Both the position numbers and the translations under genes were made by a program. A stretch of 64,000 nt of DNA from a virus: IMG/VR virus record IMGVR_UViG_3300032246_001180, positions 96,001 to 160,000 of that record. One strand, given 5' to 3'. A model generated the notes under the pieces. It was not told the origin of the DNA. It saw only the letters and a program-made list of their open reading frames with translations, and did not search any database. Below are positions 43,704 through 54,004 of this stretch, in pieces; the first letter of the stretch is position 1, and each line of letters begins with the position of its first letter.

Positions 43704-45074
43704 ATGGCAACCGTTACTTCAGTTCCAGCAGAAACTAAGGGTATAATACAACCTCAAGATTATGCTATAAAAACTCTAAATTTTTTGACCGCAAGTGGTC
43801 AAAGAACAGAGATAAAAAAACTCATGATATCTTTAGATTATTATGAAGACATATATTCTTTTGTAACCTCGGGTTCTGTTACAATATTAGATGCTCAAGG
43901 ATTTCCTGAACTGTTACAATTAACGGGAAATGAATTTATTGAAATTAATTTTGGTAAATATAAAGACGCACCAAACACAACAGACCAAATTTTTCGTGTA
44001 TATAAAATGGGTGAAAGAAAACCTCACGGAAATTTAAATACGCAAACTTTTACCTTATATTTTTGTTCTGAAGAATTGTTGTTATCGGAACAAATAAAAA
44101 TTAGTAAGTCATATACTGGTACTAAAGTAAAAGATATTATATCCAATATATTAATTGAACATTTAAAAGTGAAACCTCAAAAAATAAACGTTTTAGAAGA
44201 CACGTTGGGTGTTTATGATTTTTTGTTGCCAAGAATAAAACCATTTGAAGGAATCAGTTGGGTATCAACTTATGCACGACCAGCAAAAACTGATTTAATT
44301 GGTGCTGATATGTTGTTTTTTGAAACAAAAGACGGATTCAATTTTAGGTCTATACAGTCTATGGTTTCTGATAAACCTTATGGCACATACAAATATCAGT
44401 TACAGAATTTAGATAAAAAAAATGACAGTATAGCTGAAAAAATGTCTAGCATTATGGAATATGAATTTACAAAAACATATGATGCTCTTGGAGAAATTGC
44501 TAAAGGAACTTTTGCTAGTAGATTATTGACAATCGATCCATTAACACGTTCTTATCAAACAACAGATTATGATTACAGTAAATTTCAAAAAGACGTTAAA
44601 AGTTTAAATGACAATCCGGCAATAAATGACATGACCAATAGATTAGGTCAATCATTAACAAAAGCCGCAGAAGGTGTTTTTAAATTTATGACTTCAAATC
44701 CAAATCAATCTTCAGTAGGTTACATTAAAGAAAAACAAGCTGGAGTTGCTAAAGATATTTACGCTGAAACGTATGTATTGCAAAGAACCGCACAATTATC
44801 TTTAGCCAGTTATAATATTATTAAGTTGACAATTCCTGGTGATTCTGGTATTACAGCAGGACGAACAATAGAATTAAACTTACCAACAATACAACCTACT
44901 GAGAAAAAAAGAGAGTTGGATAAATTCTATTCAGGTAAATATTTAATAACGGCTGTAAGACATTCAATTACTGTGAATCAATTTACAACCATTTTAGAAA
45001 TTGCAAAAGATAGTTCTCCAACTAAACCTGGTGATACTAATAAAACAGACTATAAATCAAGTGTAACTGCATAA
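43704..45074 (+). CDS. baseplate hub protein (gp27/P2 gpD-like)
   Basis: between gp53 and gp5; YEDI, G.E, FFET..GFNF.S, IPGD, SGKYLIT.VRH. Confidence 0.7.
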   Translation: MATVTSVPAETKGIIQPQDYAIKTLNFLTASGQRTEIKKLMISLDYYEDIYSFVTSGSVTILDAQGFPELLQLTGNEFIEINFGKYKDAPNTTDQIFRVYKMGERKPHGNLNTQTFTLYFCSEELLLSEQIKISKSYTGTKVKDIISNILIEHLKVKPQKINVLEDTLGVYDFLLPRIKPFEGISWVSTYARPAKTDLIGADMLFFETKDGFNFRSIQSMVSDKPYGTYKYQLQNLDKKNDSIAEKMSSIMEYEFTKTYDALGEIAKGTFASRLLTIDPLTRSYQTTDYDYSKFQKDVKSLNDNPAINDMTNRLGQSLTKAAEGVFKFMTSNPNQSSVGYIKEKQAGVAKDIYAETYVLQRTAQLSLASYNIIKLTIPGDSGITAGRTIELNLPTIQPTEKKRELDKFYSGKYLITAVRHSITVNQFTTILEIAKDSSPTKPGDTNKTDYKSSVTA

Positions 45075-46729
45075 TGGAAAACTTTTTAGGAAAAAATGGC
45101 TTTGTTTGGTGGACAGGTGTTGTTGAAGACAGACTGGATCCTTTAAATTTAGGTCGCTGTCGTGTTCGTATTTTTGGTTGGCACACTGCTGATAAAATGG
45201 CGATGCCTACTGCAACATTACCTTGGGCATTACCAAAGTTGCCTGTCAATAATTCTAAAACATTTACCACGCCAGCCGAAGGTGAGTGGGTAACAGGATT
45301 CTTTTTTGACGGTGAATCTGGACAATTTCCTGTTTATGATGGCGTTCTTCCTGGTATAGCTAAAGGCGCTACTAATCCACAAACAGGATTTGCAGACCCT
45401 AGAACAGATGCACAGTTAACAGCCAGTCCTGCTTTTCCAGCTAAAACTGTTATTCCTACTGATGGTTCAGGTGCAGAAACAAATAATCAACCAGCACCTA
45501 GAAATCCTATAGATGTGGGATTTCCAAGCACAAATAAATTAGCAATTAATGATACTACAAATCAAGCTTCACAAATAGTCAGTAGAGCTTTTGCTACTAC
45601 ACAAAATATTGCTGGACCTGAAGCTAAAACATTAGGTACAGCTATTGCTGGTGCGGCTCAAGGTGCAGCACAGGTGTTACAAGGTATTCAACCTGATTTA
45701 GAAAAATTAGTACCTAAAGCTTCTGAGTTGGCGAATAGTATTGAACCTTCAATGAATTCATTAACAAAATCATTGCAGTCAAGTGGCGGAGGAATACCGT
45801 CATTATCGGGATTATTAAGTGGTGCTGCGCCGTCATTAAACTCTGCGATAGGTAGTTTAGGTGGTCCTGAAGCGCAAGCAAAATTTCAAAAAGATTTAGC
45901 CACAGCACAAAAGAATATGGCATCGGCTGAAACTTCTGTAAGTGAACAAATAGCAAAAGCACAAAAAGCAGCGAGCGAAGCAGCTGAAAAAGCAAAAGCC
46001 GCTTTAGAAAAAGATTTACCTACATTACAAGCCGAATCTAAAAATATTGCTGGTTCAATATCGGACAAATTAAAAGAATTATCTGCTGGAAATGTATCAA
46101 CAAAAACTCCGGTCATATTAAGTCCAGCAACAATAGGTAGTATAACTGCAGCCACAACAAGTTTTGAAAGTGGTCTATATAAAAACACACCAGATGACAG
46201 ATTAACATATAGTGGAATGGATTATATTATTTGGGACAGAACCAATGCGGAGAGATTAAGAAGAAAACTTCCTAGTTTAACAGAAATTGGTTCTCCTAGA
46301 CCACCAGAAGATGCACCAGCACAAGTACCTAAAGCAAACCTAGGTGCTGTTGCACCCGCACCATTGGTGGCAACTTTAGCACCAAACAAAATTCCAGACC
46401 AAGTACCTTTGGAAAAAACACCTAGTACACAAAAGAAATCATTTGAAAATTCTTTAGATTTATTTGGTAAAATGGTTGAAGAAGATACTTCTACTTTGTT
46501 AGCACAATTACCATCTGTAACAAATCGAGCCACCTTGCTTGTATTTTTTGAAAAACAAACTGCGCTTACTGCAAAATGGAATAGTATGGCCGATGAAATC
46601 CAAAGCGCACTCACAGGCGATGATAAACAAAAAGCTTTCACTTCAACATATTCCACAAAAAATAAGGCAATAAGGAATATAAAAAAGGCAACTGATGCAA
46701 GAATTGAAGTATTAAATGCACAAGGATAA
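45074..46729 (+). CDS. gp5: gp5 N-terminal OB-fold protein with a long Ala-rich extension
   Basis: GVVEDRLDPL.LGRCRVRIFGWH, LPWA, GEWV.GFF.DG. Confidence 0.85.
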   Translation: MENFLGKNGFVWWTGVVEDRLDPLNLGRCRVRIFGWHTADKMAMPTATLPWALPKLPVNNSKTFTTPAEGEWVTGFFFDGESGQFPVYDGVLPGIAKGATNPQTGFADPRTDAQLTASPAFPAKTVIPTDGSGAETNNQPAPRNPIDVGFPSTNKLAINDTTNQASQIVSRAFATTQNIAGPEAKTLGTAIAGAAQGAAQVLQGIQPDLEKLVPKASELANSIEPSMNSLTKSLQSSGGGIPSLSGLLSGAAPSLNSAIGSLGGPEAQAKFQKDLATAQKNMASAETSVSEQIAKAQKAASEAAEKAKAALEKDLPTLQAESKNIAGSISDKLKELSAGNVSTKTPVILSPATIGSITAATTSFESGLYKNTPDDRLTYSGMDYIIWDRTNAERLRRKLPSLTEIGSPRPPEDAPAQVPKANLGAVAPAPLVATLAPNKIPDQVPLEKTPSTQKKSFENSLDLFGKMVEEDTSTLLAQLPSVTNRATLLVFFEKQTALTAKWNSMADEIQSALTGDDKQKAFTSTYSTKNKAIRNIKKATDARIEVLNAQG

Positions 46730-46732
46730 AAT

Positions 46733-47587
46733 ATGCCATCAGAATTAGAACAAGCACTCAGTCAGTCCAATAAACAGTTGGCGGCTTTAACTGAAATTGT
46801 AGACAATAGAAAAAAATACGACCAAAAAGGCGACCAGCTTGAGGCAGTAATTTACCCAAATAATGAATCAAGTGAACCTGTAACATCATACGATTCAAAA
46901 TATCCGTATAACCACTCAACAATAACTGAATCTGGTCATACCTTTGAATTGGACGACACTCCTGGTGCTGAAAGAGTGTCTTTATCTCACAGAACAGGCA
47001 CTTTCTTTGAAGTTCATCCAGATGGATCCAAAGTAGAAAAGATTATGAATGATAATATGACAGTTATTGTTAAAAATAACGAAATCTATATTATGGGTGA
47101 TGAAAAAAGGTCTACACAAGGTAATTTGAAAGTCTTCATCAAAGGAAATGCTAAATTAGAAGTAGGTGGTGATGTAGAACTTCAGGTGAATGGTAATATG
47201 ACTATGAAAGTTGAAGGAATGTATACTGCAATGGCAGAATCATTCAATTTTGTTGGTCCTATTAACCACGTTGGTGATATTAACTGTACAGGTAATATTA
47301 TAAATCAAGGAAACATTTCATCCGCTAAGAATATTCAAGCGGAATTAGATTTTGTTGGCCACCAAGATTTATTGTTGGATAGAGATGCATCTATTGGTAG
47401 AGATGCAACGATTACCCGTGATGAATTTATTGGAAGAAACATTACATCCGGTACAAATGGTTCTGCAACCATGTCAGTTAATGGTTCTGCATCGTTTACT
47501 GGCGATGTAGTAGCAAATGGTATCAGTTTAGATAATCATACGCATCCTGATGCACAAGGCGGTAACACAGGACCGCCAAATGTTTAA
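46733..47587 (+). CDS. gp5 C-terminal beta-helix spike protein
   Basis: YPYN...TESGH..E.DDTPGAER..H.TGT..E.HPDG; beta-helix repeats; C-terminal NHTH. Confidence 0.85.
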   Translation: MPSELEQALSQSNKQLAALTEIVDNRKKYDQKGDQLEAVIYPNNESSEPVTSYDSKYPYNHSTITESGHTFELDDTPGAERVSLSHRTGTFFEVHPDGSKVEKIMNDNMTVIVKNNEIYIMGDEKRSTQGNLKVFIKGNAKLEVGGDVELQVNGNMTMKVEGMYTAMAESFNFVGPINHVGDINCTGNIINQGNISSAKNIQAELDFVGHQDLLLDRDASIGRDATITRDEFIGRNITSGTNGSATMSVNGSASFTGDVVANGISLDNHTHPDAQGGNTGPPNV

Positions 47588-48377
47588 TTCCAAAAATTCG
47601 AATTTTTCTGTTCCGGCTCAAGATTTTTTTCCGACAGCTTCAGGAGCTGGAAAAGCGATTTTAGTCCACGCAAAAGAAGATAGTGATGAAAGAATTTCAT
47701 GTGAAGTTGACATATTAGATGCAAGAGAATTATTAAATACATCACTAGACACCAATGGTTTTGTTTTATGTAACAATGAAACAAAGGTTAACAATTTTTT
47801 TGATCCACAAGAAATTTGCAACATTTATTATCCAGAAATTGTCAATTTATTAAAGAAACAAACTGGAGCTAAAAAAGTTTTTATATTTAATCATACGTTT
47901 CGTTCTGGTGACGAATTAGAAAGAATTACATTAAAAAATATGCGTCAAGCAGCTTTACCGCCAGCAAAAATGGTACATAATGATTATACTGATTGGTCTG
48001 GACCACAAGAACTTAAAATAAGACTTTCTGAAGAAACAAAAGAACGATTTGCAATTATACATACATGGCAACCAATAAAACCTGTATTATCTGATCCGTT
48101 AGCCATAGTAGATGCAAAAAGTGTGAATGAAAGTGATTTAATTGTCAAAACAATAGATTCTGGAAGTAGAATCAATCAAACTTACCATATGAAACATAAT
48201 TCCACACATAAATGGTATTATTATCCTAATATGCAACCAAATGAAGTGTTATTTTTTAAAGGTTATGACTCCGAAAAAGACGGTAGAACAAGATTTACAC
48301 CACACGCATCATTCAGTATGGGAAACGATACACCTTCAAGACAAAGTATTGAATTAAGAACATTTGTTTTCTTCTAA
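47580..48377 (+). CDS. CmcJ/NvfI (AsaB-like) family oxidoreductase; start uncertain
   Basis: YYPE, VHNDYT, W.PI..V.SDPLA, WYYYP.M...EVL.FK.YDS, PH.SF, R.SIE.R. Confidence 0.85.
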   Translation: MFNSKNSNFSVPAQDFFPTASGAGKAILVHAKEDSDERISCEVDILDARELLNTSLDTNGFVLCNNETKVNNFFDPQEICNIYYPEIVNLLKKQTGAKKVFIFNHTFRSGDELERITLKNMRQAALPPAKMVHNDYTDWSGPQELKIRLSEETKERFAIIHTWQPIKPVLSDPLAIVDAKSVNESDLIVKTIDSGSRINQTYHMKHNSTHKWYYYPNMQPNEVLFFKGYDSEKDGRTRFTPHASFSMGNDTPSRQSIELRTFVFF

Positions 48378-48398
48378 TTTAAGCGTAATAAATAAAGA

Positions 48399-48794
48399 AT
48401 GGCAACCAAACAACTAAACATATATTCCGATATAGATTTCACTTTCACCAAGAAACCGGTGACGGGTGATGTGGCTTTATCTTACAACGACAACGCTGTG
48501 ATTAGGTCAATAAGAAATTTGTTGTTGACGAATGAGTTTGAAAGACCATTTAATCCATCATTAGGTTCTAATATCAATGCGTTATTGTTTGAACCCGATT
48601 CACCATTTACGGCCAGTTCTTTAGAATCTGAAATAACGAACACGATAAAGAATTATGAACCAAGAGCTAATTTAGTTGATGTAACGGTGGTTCCTATGCC
48701 GGATAATAATGCATATAATGTGCAAGTAACCTTCTACATAGAAAATGCCACATTACCAACCGTTGTAACACTTCTTTTAGAGAGAAACAGATAA
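48399..48794 (+). CDS. gp25: baseplate wedge protein gp25
   Basis: YSD.D..F, A..RSIRNL.LT...ERPF.P..GS, YEPR. Confidence 0.95.
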   Translation: MATKQLNIYSDIDFTFTKKPVTGDVALSYNDNAVIRSIRNLLLTNEFERPFNPSLGSNINALLFEPDSPFTASSLESEITNTIKNYEPRANLVDVTVVPMPDNNAYNVQVTFYIENATLPTVVTLLLERNR

Positions 48795-48795
48795 A

Positions 48796-50877
48796 ATGGC
48801 AGGAGCTAACTCAAACATTCAAATGACCGACTTAGATTTTAATGATATAAAATCAAGTCTTAAATTATTCCTACAATCACAAGATACTTTAAAAGATTAC
48901 AACTATGAAGGTTCGGCTCTTTCAAATCTTTTAGATATTCTTGCATACAACACTCAATACAATGCATACTATCTAAACATGGTTGCTAATGAGATGTTTT
49001 TAGATTCTGCATTGCAGAGAGGTTCTGTTGTTTCTCATGCCAAACTATTAGATTATGTTCCAAAATCTGCGATTGCACCAACAGCACAAATTCAATTAAA
49101 AGTTAATCAAGTTACCGATTCATCATTAACTTTACCAAAATTTACAAGATTTATTTCTGAAGCAATTGACGGAGTAAACTATAGTTTTGTTACTACAGAC
49201 ACCAATACTGTAAACACAGTAAATAATGTGGCGACTTATGATAATTTACATATCAAACAAGGAACACCTGAAACATTAACATTCATGGTTGATTCTATTG
49301 CTAATCCAAAATATGTATTTGAAATACCAGATTCGGGCGTTGACACAACAACCATTTCGGTTACTGTGCAACAATCAACCTCAAACACATACTCAGATTC
49401 TTATAGTGTTGCAAGTAATTTCTTAATTTTAAATCCAGATTCTAAAGTATTCTTTTTACAAGAAAATATCAAAGGTAACTATGAAGTATACTTTGGTGAT
49501 GGAATTTTAGGTAAAAAACTAAATGATGGTAATGTGGTTATTGTAACTTATATTCTGACTAAAGGTACAGCAGGAGCATCTGCGAACGCTTTTGTATTAG
49601 TAGATTCAATCGGTGGATACGCTAACACCACCATCAACCCTCTAGTTGGTGCTACTACAGGCGGTAACAGAGAATCAATTGAGTCTATTAAATTTCAAGC
49701 ACCTAAGTCTTATGCATCACAAGGTCGTGCAGTTTCTAAGAACGATTATATTACTTTGATTCAACAAAATAAATTAGGTTATTCTTTTGATGCTGTTAAT
49801 GTTTGGGGTGGAGAAGAAAACTTGCCGCCTGTTTATGGCCAAGTATTTGTATGTTTAAAACCAACAGGCGCTTACGCTTTAACGGACACACAAAAACAAG
49901 ATATCATTACAGAAGTAATTAAACCTATTTCTGTTGTAACAGTTTCTCCAACAATTGTTGATCCAGATTATACATACATTCAAGTTAATGCTAATGTTGT
50001 TTATAATCCAACAAAAACAAATCTTAGTTCTAGCCAACTTAATTCAGCAGTTGCCTCAGCAATCCAATCTTTTAGTGATAGAACTTTAAATACTTTTAAT
50101 GCTACTTTTTTAGGCAGTCAATTAACGTCTGCAATACAATCAGTTGATGGTTCTATTTTGACAAGCGAATTAAATATTCAACTGCAAAAGAAATTTTATC
50201 CAAGTTTAACTGTATCAAAAACATATACTTTAAACTTTAACACACCGTTGAAAAAAGGTGTATTATTGTCTGGCATCAGTAGTTCTCCTGGTATTCAACA
50301 AAGAAACCCAACAACTCTATCACAAATTATTGATGGAATTTATTTTGAAGAGGTGCCTAGTTCTACAGGCGGAATTTCTTCTGTTTCAATTATCAATCCT
50401 GGTTTTTCTTATACATATGCACCGACCGTAAGCATATATGGTGATGGAACAGGTGCAACGGCTGAAGCCATTATTAATACAACCGGCCGAATAACCAAAA
50501 TTAATGTTACAAATGCTGGTACAGGTTATACTAGTGCGGTTGTGGTAATCACACCAAGCGCATATGATACAACCGGTCTTAATGGTGCAGCAACTGCTGT
50601 TCTAGAAGGTCAATTCGGCACACTTAGAAGTTTCTATTATAATTCTAATAACGTCAAAACAATTTTCAATAGTAACATAGGTAGTGTGGATTATGTAAAT
50701 GGTATTATTACTTTGACAGATTTTAATCCATATCAGATAGATAATCCATTAGGTCAATTAACAATATCTGTTGTACCAAACTCAACAATAGTTAGTTCTT
50801 CATACAATAAAATTATAACTGTAGACCCTTACGATGCAAATTCTATTACAGTTAATATGATATCTAAAACACAATGA
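48796..50877 (+). CDS. gp6: baseplate wedge protein gp6
   Basis: LDF..IK, DYN.EGS, LAYNT.YNA, E.FLDSA..R.SVVS.AK, Q.RAV...DY, WGGE. Confidence 0.95.
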   Translation: MAGANSNIQMTDLDFNDIKSSLKLFLQSQDTLKDYNYEGSALSNLLDILAYNTQYNAYYLNMVANEMFLDSALQRGSVVSHAKLLDYVPKSAIAPTAQIQLKVNQVTDSSLTLPKFTRFISEAIDGVNYSFVTTDTNTVNTVNNVATYDNLHIKQGTPETLTFMVDSIANPKYVFEIPDSGVDTTTISVTVQQSTSNTYSDSYSVASNFLILNPDSKVFFLQENIKGNYEVYFGDGILGKKLNDGNVVIVTYILTKGTAGASANAFVLVDSIGGYANTTINPLVGATTGGNRESIESIKFQAPKSYASQGRAVSKNDYITLIQQNKLGYSFDAVNVWGGEENLPPVYGQVFVCLKPTGAYALTDTQKQDIITEVIKPISVVTVSPTIVDPDYTYIQVNANVVYNPTKTNLSSSQLNSAVASAIQSFSDRTLNTFNATFLGSQLTSAIQSVDGSILTSELNIQLQKKFYPSLTVSKTYTLNFNTPLKKGVLLSGISSSPGIQQRNPTTLSQIIDGIYFEEVPSSTGGISSVSIINPGFSYTYAPTVSIYGDGTGATAEAIINTTGRITKINVTNAGTGYTSAVVVITPSAYDTTGLNGAATAVLEGQFGTLRSFYYNSNNVKTIFNSNIGSVDYVNGIITLTDFNPYQIDNPLGQLTISVVPNSTIVSSSYNKIITVDPYDANSITVNMISKTQ

Positions 50878-53800
50878 TACCTAACGACCAAAGAACCTCT
50901 TTATTAATCCCATCACAACTTCCTGGATTTATTCGGGATGAAGCTGATTCTGGTGGTGCATATGAAAATTTTGTTCACTTCATTCAAGCTTACTATGAAT
51001 GGATGGAAGAAAATGGGAATGTAATTGATAGAACTAAAAATATTTCACAGTATACGGATATTGATGCCACAACAAGTGAATTTATAGATTATTTCTTAAA
51101 TGATTTTCTTGCTTATTTTCCTAAAGATTCTTTAACAAATAAACAGCAAGCAATTAAAGTTGCTCGCCAACTATATCAATCAAAAGGTACAATTTCATCG
51201 TATCAACTTCTTTTTAGAATGTTGTTCAATTCAGATTTTGATATTTTTTATACAAAAGATGCGGTACTTAAAGCATCATCAGGTATTTGGTACGTTCCAA
51301 AAAGTTTGAAACTTTCTACAAATGATACCAGATTCTTAGACATTAAAAATCTTAGAATTTTGGGTGAAACCTCAAAGTCAATTGCAACAATTGAAAATTC
51401 AATTTATGCAAGAAATAAAACAGAAGTTTTTATCTCCAACATTGAACGACTATTCAATTCAGGAGAATTTGTTCGTATTGTAGATTCAAATAATCAAGAT
51501 GTTATTATTAACGGAACAAATCTTAGAGCAAAAATTGTAGGACAAATTAGCCAAATTAACGTAGCTAAAGATATTTTAGGTAATGCTTTGCGAGGTTCAA
51601 ACTATGGCACAGGCGATCCTGTTGTAGTTTATGGTGGTTTGAATACTGAAATTACTAATCCAGTCGGTGCTCAAGCTGTAGTTGGTCAAACAACATCTGG
51701 TTCTATTCAAAGCATCACAGTAACATCAGGTGGATTTGGTTACAGATTAAGTCCAAATACTGTTATAAATTTTGGTGGACTAGATGCTTCTGCACAAATT
51801 CCAACTGCGGTTGTAGCATCTATTGATCCATCAGCATCCAACTCTGCAAATGTAACCTACTTACCACAAGAAATTATTAGTTACAAATCATCTGTTGTAA
51901 TAGGCAATTCAAATTACTTTTTTGCAAATGGTTATACATTAAACGTCAATACAAGTTTGTATTCGGTTAATGCCAACACATTTAAAATTAGTGAAACTCT
52001 TTACCAAGGTCCTAGTGGCAATCCAACCTTTTCTGGCGTGGTATCGAGATGGGATTCATCCAATGGTATTATTAAATTTAGTTCTGCGAGTGGTACTCCT
52101 ACTAGAAACGCAAATGTAATTAGTAGTTCAACATCCAATGTAGCAAACGTTAGAAGTTATTATACATCAAACGCAAACACAGCTATAGTTGAAGCTTTAA
52201 CTTTTATATCTTTTGAAACTTTTCCAATATCATCTGTTTTGGTCAACAGTCAAGGCGGCGGCATTAGAACACAACCAACCGTTGTAGCCGACACACTTTA
52301 TCCTTCCGACATATATGATGCAACTAAAACTGGAAATTTAAGAAACATAGGTATCTTAGGTCCTATTCAAATCAATAATGGTGGAGTGGGTTACAGAGCA
52401 AATGATAGAATTGTTTTTTCTGGAGGTTCAGGTTATGGAGCATTTGCAAACGTAACTAATGTAAGTTCTACCGGTGCAATTACAGAAATAAAATATGTTC
52501 AAAACAACAGTTCAATTTATCCATTAGGTGGTCAAGGTTTTAATTATGCTCTACCAACAATAACAGTTAACTCATCTAATACTGCGGCTTATAATGCATC
52601 GTTGTCTGTAACATCTACTTTAGGCGATGGAGCTGTATTTGATACTACTTTAGATAGAGTTGGAACTGTAACATCAATTGTTGTTACCGAACCAGGAGAA
52701 GATTATATTGGTGCACCAACAATTTCATTAAAAGTTATTGATTTATTGGTACAAGGCGCAGATGTTTTGAATTTACCAAATAAAACTATGAAGGTGTATC
52801 AGGGTACTGATATTAACACCGCATCTTTTTATGCTAACGTAGATTCTATTGCAGCGATTACTTCTACAACTAATATAAATCCAGCACTAACAGATTACTT
52901 GTTGAGAATTTATAATTATCAATCATTACCTTCTACTTCACAAGTATTGAAGTTTACTAATTCAAATATTCAATTAACAATCGACCCACAAACAGTTTCG
53001 GCTAATGCTTTCTATACAGGAAGTCCATCATTTCAAGATGGCATTAGAATATACGGTGATGGAAATGCAAAAGCTGATGCATCTTTCTTAAACGGTCTTG
53101 TTATTGGCCAAGGACAATACTTAAACTCACAAGGACAACCAAGTTCTTATGATATATTACAAAGTCAAAATTTCAATAACTTTACCTATCAAATCACGGT
53201 AGAAAAAGAGATATCAAAATATAGAGAAGCTTTATTAAATCTACTTCATCCTACAGGAATGAAAGTCATTGGCCGTTTCAAACTGGTTTCAGAAGGAGAT
53301 AATAATAATACTCTACATTCAGTTGTATTTAATAAAGCTAGAACTTTATATTACTATACTAATGATAACAGTTCTAATGCTGTTATGAGAACAGACTTTT
53401 CAAACACAAGTACAAATACAGTTATTTTCTATAATATTGGTGTTGGAACAAATATTGCTAATATTATTTTTGCAAACAGTTCTATCTTCTTAGGTCCAAC
53501 CAATGGTCCAGACGTATATTCTAAAGTCAAAACGGTTGATTATGCAAACAACAAAATTGTTTTAACAGAAGATATTTTCTTAACCTATTCTAACGTTGCT
53601 CATGCAACCGGATCCATTGGTTCAAGCACTATAAATATAACGTCCATATATACCGATAGATACAACATCGTTAATAATGGAGTGTACAGTAATACCGCAT
53701 ACCCGTTGAAGGATATTATATTTGCTGGTGACCAGATTTTAGTTGCAAACAATACTGCCAAAACAGTACAGAGTATCAATTATGTAACAGGAACAATAAC

Positions 53801-53996
53801 ATTAACTACAAACCTGACAGCAAATACGAATTCAAATGTGGCGGTCAGTAGAACATTTTCTGCTGGTGGAACTGTATCAAATAAACAACAAGTTAAGATT
53901 TATGGTACTGTAGGAACTCAATACTATCCAGAACTTGTAACCGAAAATGGCGATTCATTAATAACAGAAGATGGCGACTTAATTCTTTTAGACTAG
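50874..53996 (+). CDS. baseplate wedge initiator gp7-like protein
   Basis: F..AYYEW, LY.SKGT..S...LFR, LLHP.G; between gp6 and gp8. Confidence 0.75.
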   Translation: MIPNDQRTSLLIPSQLPGFIRDEADSGGAYENFVHFIQAYYEWMEENGNVIDRTKNISQYTDIDATTSEFIDYFLNDFLAYFPKDSLTNKQQAIKVARQLYQSKGTISSYQLLFRMLFNSDFDIFYTKDAVLKASSGIWYVPKSLKLSTNDTRFLDIKNLRILGETSKSIATIENSIYARNKTEVFISNIERLFNSGEFVRIVDSNNQDVIINGTNLRAKIVGQISQINVAKDILGNALRGSNYGTGDPVVVYGGLNTEITNPVGAQAVVGQTTSGSIQSITVTSGGFGYRLSPNTVINFGGLDASAQIPTAVVASIDPSASNSANVTYLPQEIISYKSSVVIGNSNYFFANGYTLNVNTSLYSVNANTFKISETLYQGPSGNPTFSGVVSRWDSSNGIIKFSSASGTPTRNANVISSSTSNVANVRSYYTSNANTAIVEALTFISFETFPISSVLVNSQGGGIRTQPTVVADTLYPSDIYDATKTGNLRNIGILGPIQINNGGVGYRANDRIVFSGGSGYGAFANVTNVSSTGAITEIKYVQNNSSIYPLGGQGFNYALPTITVNSSNTAAYNASLSVTSTLGDGAVFDTTLDRVGTVTSIVVTEPGEDYIGAPTISLKVIDLLVQGADVLNLPNKTMKVYQGTDINTASFYANVDSIAAITSTTNINPALTDYLLRIYNYQSLPSTSQVLKFTNSNIQLTIDPQTVSANAFYTGSPSFQDGIRIYGDGNAKADASFLNGLVIGQGQYLNSQGQPSSYDILQSQNFNNFTYQITVEKEISKYREALLNLLHPTGMKVIGRFKLVSEGDNNNTLHSVVFNKARTLYYYTNDNSSNAVMRTDFSNTSTNTVIFYNIGVGTNIANIIFANSSIFLGPTNGPDVYSKVKTVDYANNKIVLTEDIFLTYSNVAHATGSIGSSTINITSIYTDRYNIVNNGVYSNTAYPLKDIIFAGDQILVANNTAKTVQSINYVTGTITLTTNLTANTNSNVAVSRTFSAGGTVSNKQQVKIYGTVGTQYYPELVTENGDSLITEDGDLILLD

Positions 53997-54004
53997 GGTA
54001 ATAA

